The notes below the pieces were generated by a model. That model did no database searches and was not told where the DNA came from. It was given only the letters and a program-made list of their open reading frames with translations. From the NCBI GenBank assembly GCA_944391705.1, contig CALXUN010000005.1, forward strand, positions 19,873 through 83,872: DNA of 64,000 bases, read 5' to 3'. Shown here one piece after another: positions 19,863-29,617 of this stretch. Made by a program: the position numbers and the translations under genes. This DNA comes from an uncultured Alphaproteobacteria bacterium (GTDB taxonomy: Bacteria > Pseudomonadota > Alphaproteobacteria > RF32 > CAG-239). Positions within the stretch are counted from its first letter, which is position 1. Each line of letters begins with the position of its first letter.

Positions 19863-21242
19863 ATGACACAAATTTACCTGCATAATACCCTCAAGCAACG
19901 CAAAGACGAATTTATCCCGATTGATGAAAAAAATGTCAGGATGTATGTCTGCGGACCGACGGTTTATGACCGCGCTCATCTTGGAAATGCAAAAACTTCC
20001 GTGGTTTTTGATGTTTTATATCGTTTATTGTGTCAGGTTTATGGGAAAGATCACGTTACGTATGTTTCCAATATTACCGATGTTGATGATAAAATTTTAA
20101 ACAAACACAAAGAAACCGGAAAGCCAATCCGCGAAATTACCGAACAAACATATCAGTGGTATCTGGAGGATATGGGCAAGCTTAATGTGCTGGCGCCGAA
20201 TTACCGGCCGCGGGCAACCGAATACATCGATGAAATGATTGAATTGGTTAAAAGGCTTCTTAAAAACGGCCATGCCTATGAAGCTCAGGGCCATGTGTTG
20301 TTTGATGTAGACTCCATGCCCAATTACGGTTTTCTTTCCGGCCGTTCCATGAAAGAAATGCTGGCCGGCGCCCGAATCGAGGTGGCGGATTATAAGAAGA
20401 ATCCGGCAGACTTTATCTTATGGAAGCCCTCTGACCCGGATCAGCCGGGCTGGGACAGCCCTTGGGGCTACGGACGACCGGGCTGGCATCTGGAATGCTC
20501 GGCGATGAGTTCAAAACTTTTAGGCAATGATTTTGACATTCACGGCGGCGGTTCGGATTTGATTTTTCCGCATCATGAAAACGAATGTGCGCAATCGACC
20601 TGCGCCTTTGAGGGCTCGCATTTTGCCCATTACTGGGTGCATGCCGGCATGTTGATGGTGGACGGTGTTAAAATGTCAAAATCTTTGGGCAATTTTCATA
20701 ATGTTGACGAGATTATTTCAAAATATCCGGCCGAGGCATTACGTTTATTGTTTTTAACCACGCATTACCACCAGCCGTTTAACTTTACCTTTGCCGGACT
20801 GGAGCAAGCTAAATCAGTGTTGGATAAATTTTATAATGCACTTTTAAAAACTTCCGATGTGGAAGTCATATCTTGCGCTCCGAATGCCAAGCTTCTGGAC
20901 GCCCTGGCCGATGATTTGAACACGCCGGCGGCTTTGGCTGTTTTGCATGAAATTGCCGGTGAACTAAACAAAGCTGAAATAACTGAAGATAAAGCCCGGC
21001 TTAAAGGCGAGTTTTTGGCCAGTGCCAAACTGCTCGGTTTGTTATATCAACAGCCCGAAATCTGGTTTAAAGGCGGTGTCAATGATAATGAAGATGCCGA
21101 AATTGAAGCCAAAATTCAAGCAAGAGCGGAAGCCAAAAAAAATAAAGACTGGGCAACGGCCGATAAAATCCGTGATGAACTTAAAGCCCAAGGCATCGTG
21201 TTGGAAGATTCTGCTGCCGGCACAACTTGGAAAAGATTGTAA
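19863..21242 (+). CDS. cysS: Cysteinyl-tRNA synthetase
   Basis: ATG at 19863. Motifs CGPTVYDRAHLGN and KMSKSLGN are present. Confidence 0.93.
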   Translation: MTQIYLHNTLKQRKDEFIPIDEKNVRMYVCGPTVYDRAHLGNAKTSVVFDVLYRLLCQVYGKDHVTYVSNITDVDDKILNKHKETGKPIREITEQTYQWYLEDMGKLNVLAPNYRPRATEYIDEMIELVKRLLKNGHAYEAQGHVLFDVDSMPNYGFLSGRSMKEMLAGARIEVADYKKNPADFILWKPSDPDQPGWDSPWGYGRPGWHLECSAMSSKLLGNDFDIHGGGSDLIFPHHENECAQSTCAFEGSHFAHYWVHAGMLMVDGVKMSKSLGNFHNVDEIISKYPAEALRLLFLTTHYHQPFNFTFAGLEQAKSVLDKFYNALLKTSDVEVISCAPNAKLLDALADDLNTPAALAVLHEIAGELNKAEITEDKARLKGEFLASAKLLGLLYQQPEIWFKGGVNDNEDAEIEAKIQARAEAKKNKDWATADKIRDELKAQGIVLEDSAAGTTWKRL

Positions 21243-21246
21243 TTTC

Positions 21247-21268
21247 AGCCGGTTTAACCGGCTTTTTT
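21247..21268 (+). terminator. Terminator after cysS
   Basis: Stem AGCCGG / CCGGCT followed by T6. Confidence 0.65.
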
Positions 21269-21611
21269 AATTTCTGGTTTTATAAACATCTGCCGGCAAT
21301 TCAACATACGGACCATATGTTAAATACGCCCCGACCGAGATAGCAAAAACATAGAAAGAAATATTGTTGAGGAAAAGACCATATCGACTCTGTTTATATT
21401 AGATGTTCGTTTTAGACAAACATTAATGAATAAAAAATATACAATTACAAACAAGAAAAATATTAAGTATTGCAATAAGATAAAATTAGGATATTTTTAC
21501 ATAAAATATTTACTTTAAACGAACCGGGCGGACCACGTGTAGAATGTGCCAGCGAATCTGTATGTGAAGGATTTTATTACGGTTAAACTGCCATATTTTG
21601 CCAATAGATTT

Positions 21612-21727
21612 CCCCCAGTAAACTGGGGGTTCTATAACAGCTACAAACCTTACGGTTTGACCACGCTCGTTGGCGTGGAGCGGTGTTGTTCCAACACCTT
21701 GGCATTCAGCCCCGAGTAAACTCGGGG
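21612..21727 (+). other. Structured intergenic segment with twin hairpins (candidate sRNA or repeat)
   Basis: Two related hairpins are present: CCCCCAG-TAAA-CTGGGGG at 21612-21629 and CCCCGAG-TAAA-CTCGGGG-TTTTCT at 21710-21727. Two further hairpins lie between them. Confidence 0.35.
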
Positions 21728-21810
21728 TTTTCTGTAAGGCAACTAATAACCAAGAACCACCAGATATTGCTGGTGGTTCTTAATTTATCTGTAAGTATGA
21801 AAATTATATA

Positions 21811-22149
21811 TTACCGGCAGCGGTATAAGCCCCCGCAGCTGTTGGAGCTGTAACGAAGACCGGCTTTTAAGCATTCTTCTTTGGTGAATTTGTATGCTTC
21901 CGGGCAGCAGCTTTTATAATAACTGCTGTTATACGGACACCGGTCAGTTAAAATCTGGTCGCTGCTGCAGGAAGTACGGCGGTAGCCTTCGCTGATACAT
22001 TTTTGATCAGAACTCTGGGATGCATTACCCTTATTTGAATTGCCAACGCTTCCCCCCGCTGCCGGCAGAAAAGTAACACCGGCTTCGGCCGTAGCGGCAA
22101 AACCTAACATTAAAGCAGCTGCCAGATATATAACGTTAATTTTTCTCAT
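21811..22149 (-). CDS. Small secreted Cys-rich protein
   Basis: Signal peptide MRKINVIYLAAALMLGFAATAEA. The mature part has 11 Cys. Confidence 0.6.
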   Translation of the reverse strand: MRKINVIYLAAALMLGFAATAEAGVTFLPAAGGSVGNSNKGNASQSSDQKCISEGYRRTSCSSDQILTDRCPYNSSYYKSCCPEAYKFTKEECLKAGLRYSSNSCGGLYRCR

Positions 22150-22228
22150 TATGTCTTACTCCTTAAATTGTATATATTTTTATTATATTTATTTTATTCT
22201 TAAAATGCAAGTCAGATAAAACTTATGT

Positions 22229-22258
22229 AAAAAAATCCCCATAAACGGGGATTTTTTT
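22229..22258 (-). terminator. Terminator after fabG
   Basis: Stem AAATCCCC / GGGGATTT with a T-run on the minus strand. Confidence 0.65.
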
Positions 22259-22278
22259 AAAGCTTCAAAATTTTAAGC

Positions 22279-23016
22279 TTAAATCATTGCCATACCGCCA
22301 TTGACGTGAATGGTCTGACCGGTAATATACTGCGCCTCATCAGATGCCAGGAAAGCAACCGCATTGGCGATATCCTGAGCTTCACCGAGCTTGCCTTCCG
22401 GAATTTTTGCCAGCAGATTTGCTTTGACATCATCAGGCAAAACATCGGTCATCGGTGTCCGGATAAAGCCCGGTGCTACTGAGTTTACCGTAATGCCGCG
22501 GGAACCGACTTCCTGAGCCAGACATTTGTTCATGGCAATCATACCGGCTTTAGAGGCCGAATAATTGGCCTGACCGGCGTTACCCATCACACCGACCACG
22601 GAAGCAATACCGATAATACGGCCGAAACGGCGTTTCATCATACCGCGGACAATAGCTTTTGCCAATTTGAAACCGGCCGAAAGGTTAACATCCAAAACCA
22701 GCTGCCAGTCTTCATCGCTCATGCGCATAAACAAATTATCGCGGGTCAAGCCGGCATTATTTACCAGAATATCGATTTTTCCGAACTTTTCTTCCACTTT
22801 TTTTACCAAATCGGCAATTTCTTCGGCTTTGGAAAGGTTGGCAACAAACCATTCAACACGGTCACCTAATTCAGCTTTTAATTTTTCCATCGGCTCAGAA
22901 CGCATATCGGTTAAAGCCAGTGTTGCACCCTGTGCATGCAGCGTACGGGCAATTTTATCGCCTAAACCGCCGGCCGCACCGGTAATTAATGCTACTTTTC
23001 CATCTAATCTAAACAT
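22279..23016 (-). CDS. fabG: 3-oxoacyl-ACP reductase
   Basis: SDR motifs TGAAGGLG and YSASKAG. It lies directly downstream of fabD. Confidence 0.9.
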   Translation of the reverse strand: MFRLDGKVALITGAAGGLGDKIARTLHAQGATLALTDMRSEPMEKLKAELGDRVEWFVANLSKAEEIADLVKKVEEKFGKIDILVNNAGLTRDNLFMRMSDEDWQLVLDVNLSAGFKLAKAIVRGMMKRRFGRIIGIASVVGVMGNAGQANYSASKAGMIAMNKCLAQEVGSRGITVNSVAPGFIRTPMTDVLPDDVKANLLAKIPEGKLGEAQDIANAVAFLASDEAQYITGQTIHVNGGMAMI

Positions 23017-23039
23017 TTGTTTAATCCTTTTCTAAAAGT

Positions 23040-23984
23040 TTATAAATTTTTTGCCAGTTCCTCTATTTCGGCAACAGAACCGACCGAAGCGGTGTTTATT
23101 TCTTTGTCGCTTCTCTTGACAATTCCTGAAAGAACTTTGCCGGCACCAAGCTCAATAATGTCGGTTATTCCCTGTTCTTTCATATACATAACGGTTTCCC
23201 GCCATCTGACTGTTCCGGTAACTTGTTCAATTAAGTGCTTGATTATTTCTTTATGATTTGTAATCGGAGCAGCTAAAACATTTGCAATCAATGGTATTTC
23301 GGCATCATGGCTTTCGACCTGCATAAACGCCCTGGCCATGGCTTCAGCCGCCGGCTGCATCAACGGGCTGTGAAACGGCGCGCTGACCGGCAGCCTGACA
23401 CAGCGCTTTGCCCCAAATTCCGCGGCAATTTCCACGGCTTTTTCAATGGCTGCCGCATGACCGGACAAAACAACCTGCCCGTCTGAATTATCATTGGCGG
23501 CAACACAAAGGCTGTGATCATCATTACATGCCTCAACCAAGGCATCAATATCCTTAAAAGACATACCGAGCACCGCCGCCATACCGCCGACGCCGACCGG
23601 CACGGCTTTTTGCATGGCATCGCCGCGAATCCTTAAAAGCTTGGCCGTATCTTCAAGCGAAAAAACACCGGCTGCACAGGCTGCCGAATATTCACCTAAA
23701 GAATGGCCGGCGACATATGACGCCTTATCTTTTAATTTAATACCGAATTCTTTTTCCAAAACTCTGACAACAGCCATGGAATGTGCCATCAAAGCCGGCT
23801 GGGCATTGGCCGTTAACATCAATTCGCTTTCCGGACCTTCCGTCATCAATTTGAACAAATCCTGCTTTAAGGCATTGTTGACTTCTTCAAAAACCTCTTT
23901 TGCCGAGGCAAAGTTATCGGCCAGTTCTTTTCCCATACCGACAAACTGTGACCCCTGCCCGGGAAAAACAAAAGCATATTTCAT
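23040..23984 (-). CDS. fabD: Malonyl-CoA:ACP transacylase
   Basis: Active-site motif GHSLGEYSA. Confidence 0.9.
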   Translation of the reverse strand: MKYAFVFPGQGSQFVGMGKELADNFASAKEVFEEVNNALKQDLFKLMTEGPESELMLTANAQPALMAHSMAVVRVLEKEFGIKLKDKASYVAGHSLGEYSAACAAGVFSLEDTAKLLRIRGDAMQKAVPVGVGGMAAVLGMSFKDIDALVEACNDDHSLCVAANDNSDGQVVLSGHAAAIEKAVEIAAEFGAKRCVRLPVSAPFHSPLMQPAAEAMARAFMQVESHDAEIPLIANVLAAPITNHKEIIKHLIEQVTGTVRWRETVMYMKEQGITDIIELGAGKVLSGIVKRSDKEINTASVGSVAEIEELAKNL

Positions 23985-24103
23985 CTATAAAAAACCTCTT
24001 CTCATTAATCTTTTATTTGGGAATTTAGGTTTACTTTATTTTAAAGTCAAGAATTTATGAAAAATCAGACACAAGCTCTGAATAAAACAGATAAGAGGGT
24101 CGG

Positions 24104-24925
24104 ATGTTCCATTATAAAAAAGTGTCGGTCATTACGGTTGCGCACAATTGCGCCCGTTTCTTAACGACTGCTTTTAAATCCTTTGCTTATCAGGATTACG
24201 AAAATATGGAATGGATCATCGTTAACGATGCCTCAACCGACAGTACCGCCCGAAATTTACAAAAATACCGTAAACGGGATTCGAGAGTAAAATTATGCTT
24301 AAATACTTCAAAAAAAGGATTAACGGCGTCGTATGAATTTGCCATATCCAAGGCAAGCGGCGATTATATTGCTTTTTTAGAGCCGGAAAATTTCTGGGTT
24401 AAAGATAAAATCTCGCGTCAGGTCGGATTTATGGTACGCTATAATGCCTTGTTAAGCCATACCAGCTATGCTTTTGCCGATGATAAAGCCAATCTGCTGC
24501 CGACCGGCTGCTGCCACATTGAACCTAAGGTAACCCTTTTAAACTTCGGTAAAGAAACGGACATCTGCCTTTCGACTTTTATGATGAACCGGGAAGAAAT
24601 CAAAGACTTGTTTCCTATTCCCCAAAAATATAAAGAAACCGACATTTTAATGTATCTGATGCAAAAAGGGCTGACTTCCCAGGGAATGAACGAGGTTATG
24701 ACGCTCTGCCGCCCGCAATATGATTACCCGACACAGCAAAAAAAAATCAAAAACGTACGCAATATGTTTGATTTGATGGACAGCAAGAATATTCCCATTC
24801 CCAATTTGGTGCGTTATCAGGCTTATAAAGCTTCCAATATTGCTAAAATCAGGCTTGACCCTTCAATTTGCATCGGACGGGACGTCAGCATCAGTCTTGA
24901 CGAGCTTAAAAAGTTTAAATTATAA
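24104..24925 (+). CDS. GT2-family glycosyltransferase
   Basis: VSVITVAHNCARFL and IVNDASTDST motifs. An A9 run in frame lies at 24738-24746. Confidence 0.75.
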   Translation: MFHYKKVSVITVAHNCARFLTTAFKSFAYQDYENMEWIIVNDASTDSTARNLQKYRKRDSRVKLCLNTSKKGLTASYEFAISKASGDYIAFLEPENFWVKDKISRQVGFMVRYNALLSHTSYAFADDKANLLPTGCCHIEPKVTLLNFGKETDICLSTFMMNREEIKDLFPIPQKYKETDILMYLMQKGLTSQGMNEVMTLCRPQYDYPTQQKKIKNVRNMFDLMDSKNIPIPNLVRYQAYKASNIAKIRLDPSICIGRDVSISLDELKKFKL

Positions 24926-24946
24926 TTTGAAACAGCAGGTTAAAAA

Positions 24947-27232
24947 ATGGCTAAAAGGACGAAAAAAAACAAAGACAGCAAATTTAACAAAATATTACGC
25001 AAATTCTGGGGCGCCGTTTTTATATTGGCAGCTGTTGCCATTTATGCGGCTTTGGCCACTTATCATCCGGATGATCCGGCTTTCAATAATCAAAATGATA
25101 ATGTTCCGCTTAATCTTCTGGGCGGGTTCGGTGCTAATCTGGCTGAAGGGATTTTGTTTGCTTTCGGGCTTTCTTTTCCGGTTTTCCTTTTAGGCTGGCT
25201 GGTATGGGGATATAATCTGCTGCGTTATAACACAATTCTGGAATTTAAGGCCAGAATTCTGGCATTTATCATCGGTTTGATGACGACTTCCGCTTTTCTT
25301 AATCTTGTATCACAATACCGGTTCGGTAATTACGGACTGGGCGGCAAGCCGGCACAAAAGCTTGCCGGCGCGTTACAGACTTATCTTAACGACATGGCCG
25401 TACCCTATGCCCGCAATATTCTGGCCGTTTTGCTCTTGATTGTCAGCATAATGGCCTTAAACCTTGTTTTGGGAATTACCTTTAAGGACTGGGGCAAAGC
25501 TTTACGTTATGCCTGTCTGCACATATGGGTTTTGATAAAATATCTGACAAAAGGTTTTTGTTTTGCAGCCGGACTTTTACGCCGGCCGAAAACAACCGCT
25601 GCAAAAACCCGGGTTGAACCGCAGCTTAAAGCCAAAGCAAACCATAAAAATGAATCTGCCGTAAAACCGGATGTTTCCAAGAAAAGTAAACCCGCCAAAG
25701 CTTTAGAAACGACTTCAAAAGCAAATACGGCGGCAGACGGCTACCAATATCCGGATATTAATCTGCTGTCGCGGCCGAAAGATAAAGGCGGCAATGAGGT
25801 CAGCCAGAAAGAACTGGAAGCGGTTGCCCGCCAGCTGGAAGAAGTTTTGCAGGAATTCGGCGTTAACGGTAAAATCGTCCGTGTCCGTCCCGGCCCGGTG
25901 GTTACTTTATATGAACTGGAACCGGCGCCCGGAACAAAAACCGCCCGTGTTATCGGCTTAGCCGATGATATTGCCCGTTCCATGTCTGCGGTTTCGGTGC
26001 GTATTGCGGTTGTGCCGGGGTCAAACACCATCGGTATTGAAATGCCAAACGCCAAACGTGAAACCGTCTGGCTAAAGGATTTGCTGGCTGATCCGGCATT
26101 TAAAGAAACCAAAAACACACTCAATATCGTGTTGGGTAAAGACATAGGCGGCAAAAACACTTATGCCGATTTGGCTAAAATGCCGCACCTGTTGGTGGCA
26201 GGTACCACAGGTTCGGGTAAATCCGTCGGGGTCAATTCAATGATTTTATCTCTTTTATACCGCCTGCGGCCGGAAGAATGCAAACTTATCATGATTGACC
26301 CGAAAATGCTTGAGTTTTCCATGTATAACGGTATTCCGCACTTATTGACGCCGGTTATTACCGATCCGGCCAAGGCGGTCATCGGTTTGAAATGGGCCGT
26401 GCGTGAAATGGAGGAGCGCTATCGCAAAATGGCACAACTTAATGTGCGCAATATCACCGGCTATAATCAGAAATTAAAAGAGCTTAAAGAAAGCGGCGAA
26501 AAACTCACCCGTACCATTCAGGTCGGTTTTGACCCCGAATCCGGTAAACCGATTTTTGAAGAACAAGAACTTGATACGACCCCGTTGCCATATATCGTTA
26601 TTGTGGTTGACGAAATGGCTGATTTAATGCTGGTGGCCGGCAAAGAAGTTGAAGCGGCCATCCAGCGTCTGGCGCAAATGGCGCGTGCGGCCGGCATTCA
26701 CTTAATTATGTCAACCCAGCGGCCGTCGGTCGATGTGATTACCGGTACGATTAAAGCCAATTTCCCGAGCCGTATCAGTTTTCAGGTTACTTCCAAAATC
26801 GACAGCCGCACCATTTTGGGCGAGCAAGGCGCCGAACAACTTTTGGGCATGGGCGATATGCTTTACATGCCGGCCGGTCTCCGGCCTTTGCGTGTACACG
26901 GAAGCTTTGTCAAAGACAGCGAAGTTGAAGCCGTGGTTGAATTCTTAAAAGCCCAGCGGGCACCGGAATATGTTGAAGCGGTAACCGAAGGTGAATTAAA
27001 CAGTAAAGACGGCGGTGCCGTATTTGACAATACCGGCATGGGCGGAAGTGACAATGATTTATATACGCAAGCCGTTGCCATTGTCCGTAATGATAAAAAG
27101 GCCTCCACCAGCTATATCCAGCGAAAACTGCGCATTGGCTACAACCGGGCGGCGGCATTGATTGACCGCATGGAAGAAGAAGGCATTGTCTCGGCGGCCG
27201 ACCATGTCGGACGGCGTGAAGTTATCGGATAA
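24947..27232 (+). CDS. ftsK: DNA translocase FtsK
   Basis: N-terminal TM helices, Walker A GTTGSGKS, VVDEMADL, and a C-terminal gamma winged-helix (YIQRKLRIGYNRAA). Confidence 0.93.
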   Translation: MAKRTKKNKDSKFNKILRKFWGAVFILAAVAIYAALATYHPDDPAFNNQNDNVPLNLLGGFGANLAEGILFAFGLSFPVFLLGWLVWGYNLLRYNTILEFKARILAFIIGLMTTSAFLNLVSQYRFGNYGLGGKPAQKLAGALQTYLNDMAVPYARNILAVLLLIVSIMALNLVLGITFKDWGKALRYACLHIWVLIKYLTKGFCFAAGLLRRPKTTAAKTRVEPQLKAKANHKNESAVKPDVSKKSKPAKALETTSKANTAADGYQYPDINLLSRPKDKGGNEVSQKELEAVARQLEEVLQEFGVNGKIVRVRPGPVVTLYELEPAPGTKTARVIGLADDIARSMSAVSVRIAVVPGSNTIGIEMPNAKRETVWLKDLLADPAFKETKNTLNIVLGKDIGGKNTYADLAKMPHLLVAGTTGSGKSVGVNSMILSLLYRLRPEECKLIMIDPKMLEFSMYNGIPHLLTPVITDPAKAVIGLKWAVREMEERYRKMAQLNVRNITGYNQKLKELKESGEKLTRTIQVGFDPESGKPIFEEQELDTTPLPYIVIVVDEMADLMLVAGKEVEAAIQRLAQMARAAGIHLIMSTQRPSVDVITGTIKANFPSRISFQVTSKIDSRTILGEQGAEQLLGMGDMLYMPAGLRPLRVHGSFVKDSEVEAVVEFLKAQRAPEYVEAVTEGELNSKDGGAVFDNTGMGGSDNDLYTQAVAIVRNDKKASTSYIQRKLRIGYNRAAALIDRMEEEGIVSAADHVGRREVIG

Positions 27233-27389
27233 TCTTAAACCTTTGCAAGAAAAATAAAATACCAACACTTTAATAAGTGCAAAATACATATCCTTGGTTG
27301 TTATTGTTAAAAAATTCTTTTGTTCTTGAAAACGGGAGTTTTATGATATATGATGCATTATGTATTAATATTATGCAACCGGAATAGAT

Positions 27390-27653
27390 ATGAATCAAGG
27401 GCTTGAAATCAAATCTGCCAGGAAACTTTCTTCCGAAGACATTAAACGTGCCGTCGGTGTTTTGTTATACACGTTAAGAATTGAGCATAATGACAGTTTG
27501 GAGAAGATTTCATTTCAAACCGGGTTAAGTCCTGCCAAAATCCGCAGTATTGAAAACGGCCGGCAGATGCATACCTGGAACCAGTATCAGCGCCTTTTGG
27601 ATTTTTATCAAAGAGATATCAAGATTACCATTTCCCTTGCCAACCGGAAATAA
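27390..27653 (+). CDS. Small XRE-like HTH protein
   Basis: 87 aa. SLEKISFQTGLSPAKIRSIENG is HTH-like. It is a paralog of 31414..31764. Confidence 0.55.
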   Translation: MNQGLEIKSARKLSSEDIKRAVGVLLYTLRIEHNDSLEKISFQTGLSPAKIRSIENGRQMHTWNQYQRLLDFYQRDIKITISLANRK

Positions 27654-27675
27654 AGACGGACAAACGGTTTCTATT

Positions 27676-27846
27676 AAAGCATCCGTTAAGAGCCTGCCGA
27701 TATCCGGATACTAAAGTCTGCTCTTAAGCGGTGACAACATGTACGCGCCCTGCACCTGTCATGTCTACGAAGACGCATTAGCGTCTGAGTATCAGGCATC
27801 CACGAATTAAAAAAAACAAGCCATATTCTTTTGGACCCCTATAGCC
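27676..27846 (+). repeat. Intergenic structured repeat cluster (degenerate B copies, intact B, truncated A)
   Basis: Module B lies at 27757-27807. A truncated module A (GCCATATTCTTTTGGACCCCTATA) lies at 27820-27843. Confidence 0.7.
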
Positions 27847-28111
27847 ATGTGCCGGAATGTTATCATTGCCATCAAAGAAAATGCAGCGATACTTTACCGG
27901 ATGGTGACTCATGATGCCGGCGGGGGGCCTTCTCCTTCAAAACATACCATATACAGCGGTTATGACACTTGTGATGAATTCAATTGTATCAGCGACCTGA
28001 CTTTTACAAAAATTGACGACATGTGCCGCGGATTTGCAGAGGATTATCCCCAAATATACATTTCCGCTTCTTTCAGATAAAACACTTTTGCTTTTACAGG
28101 CAAATAAATAC

Positions 28112-28135
28112 AAAAACCCCTGCTTTACGCAGGGG
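28112..28135 (-). terminator. Terminator of the 6S-like RNA
   Basis: The minus strand reads CCCCTGC-gtaaa-GCAGGGG followed by TTTTT. Confidence 0.6.
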
Positions 28136-28145
28136 GAAAAGTTAA

Positions 28146-28300
28146 AAAGCCGTCTGGTCGTTTATTACATTTCATATCGAACCGCTTGACCAAGGTGGGC
28201 ACCATTTAATCAGACCACGATCTGAACAGTGACAGTTCCCTAATAATATACTGTTGGCTCGGATAGACCAATGCGGGATAAGACGCGCCAGACAGCCTGT
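28146..28300 (-). ncRNA. ssrS: 6S RNA candidate
   Basis: It lies immediately downstream of zapA, as ssrS does in E. coli. The 5' AGGCTGTCTGG pairs with the 3' CCAGACGGCTT (11 bp including 2 G.U) to close a roughly 155-nt rod. The segment CACCUUGGUCAAGCGGUUCGA resembles E. coli 6S CACCUUGAACCAAGGGUUCAAGG. The ends are approximate. Confidence 0.55.
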
Positions 28301-28315
28301 TTTTATGATATAATA

Positions 28316-28699
28316 CTACATTGATTCAATTTCATTTGCAAGCGTTTTTATTTGCTCTGTGAGTTGATTTAAAACCCCTGCCAATTCCGCATCAAGCGGG
28401 GCGTAATCCGGTTCAACAACTTTTTCAACGACTTTTTCTTCCGGTATTATTTTAACTTCCGGCAACTGCGGATTTTCCTTGGATTTTTCTAACTTTTTCC
28501 TGGTTTCGGTTAATTCATCTGCCACCAAAAGACCTACCATGGCCAGCAGCATATTTTCATTGATATGGCCGCCGCCAGCGGTCAGTTGTTTTGCCTTTTC
28601 ATCCAAAAGGCGCGCCAGCTGCAGCATGTAACGTTCCTGCCCGTCATCACAGGCCACGGCATATTCGCGCGAATTAATCGTGATTGTTATCTGAGCCAT
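28316..28699 (-). CDS. zapA: Cell division protein ZapA
   Basis: MAQITITINSREYAVACDDGQE... is a ZapA-like N-terminus, and the C-terminus is a coiled coil. Confidence 0.8.
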   Translation of the reverse strand: MAQITITINSREYAVACDDGQERYMLQLARLLDEKAKQLTAGGGHINENMLLAMVGLLVADELTETRKKLEKSKENPQLPEVKIIPEEKVVEKVVEPDYAPLDAELAGVLNQLTEQIKTLANEIESM

Positions 28700-28937
28700 C
28701 GTCTTTTAACACCATATCAATTTTTTTAACAACTTCCGCCACCCGGGCCACCACAGCTTCCGTTTTTTTGCCTTCGGCTTCCAGATGTGCATTTTTTTCA
28801 GCCATATTACGTTTATAAGACTGCCTTTGCTGAACAAGAGCGTTTTTTTTGACCGCCGCAACCTGCTTTAGCTTTTCAAGCGCCGTCTTAAGTTCTTCCA
28901 GCGCTTGTGCAGACTTAACAAATTTTTCTTTATCCAT
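28674..28937 (-). CDS. Coiled-coil protein upstream of zapA (DUF4164/ZapB-like)
   Basis: 87 aa, all helical heptad-like. It overlaps zapA by 26 nt. Confidence 0.5.
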   Translation of the reverse strand: MDKEKFVKSAQALEELKTALEKLKQVAAVKKNALVQQRQSYKRNMAEKNAHLEAEGKKTEAVVARVAEVVKKIDMVLKDDGSDNNHD

Positions 28938-29023
28938 TGACTTTTTTCTTTTCTTTCAAAAGATTTTGCTGTATTGCTTATAATAATGTTTTTTACCTAT
29001 TTGACAAGAAGCAATCCGTGATT

Positions 29024-29545
29024 ATGCAAAAATTTATCATCAGAATAACAAAACCGGACTTTGTTCTTTTAACACACACCGGGTTGGAGTGTTTTATTCT
29101 TGCGGCAGATTTGCCGGAAGATTTTATAAACGACTTTGCCGGCCGCGCCCGCGCGGAAAATAAAATTACGCTTGCCGAAACAGCGGAAGACTGCCGGCGC
29201 TTTAACACGGACGGGGTTTTGCTTGACTTGTCAAAATCAGAAGACATTGCCGCGGATTTTAAAAAAGAAACTGCCGGACTTAAAAACAAATTCACGGGCA
29301 TCATCTGCCGAAACCGGCGGCATGAAGCCATGCTGGCATCCGAATGCGAGCCGGATTTCGTTGCTTTCAGGGCATGGCATGACGGTAAACAAAAAATCCG
29401 TGATTTAACGGACTGGTATAACGAATTTTTCTTAATTCAATCTGCGCTTGTGCCGCAAGACGACAATCTTGATTTTTCAGGTTTTAAAACCGACTTTGTG
29501 ATTTTAGATGACACAAAATATAAAATTTTTGTTGCCAATCAATAA
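29024..29545 (+). CDS. Hypothetical protein, possibly a degenerate TenI/ThiE-fold
   Basis: ATG at 29024. Only weak resemblance was seen (TDGVLLDL and EPDFVAFRAW). Confidence 0.35.
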   Translation: MQKFIIRITKPDFVLLTHTGLECFILAADLPEDFINDFAGRARAENKITLAETAEDCRRFNTDGVLLDLSKSEDIAADFKKETAGLKNKFTGIICRNRRHEAMLASECEPDFVAFRAWHDGKQKIRDLTDWYNEFFLIQSALVPQDDNLDFSGFKTDFVILDDTKYKIFVANQ

Positions 29546-29617
29546 AGTTTAGAGTATGGTGCGCACACAAGTCAAATTTTTAATCATTTCAAAATTGTAA
29601 ATACGGAGATATATAAA

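Noticed and set aside
27847-28080. A 77-aa ORF between the repeat cluster and the 6S terminator.
   Set aside because: Its ATG directly abuts a truncated repeat with no RBS, and it has no + strand terminator and no recognisable motif. I did not call it, although it could be a real orphan gene.
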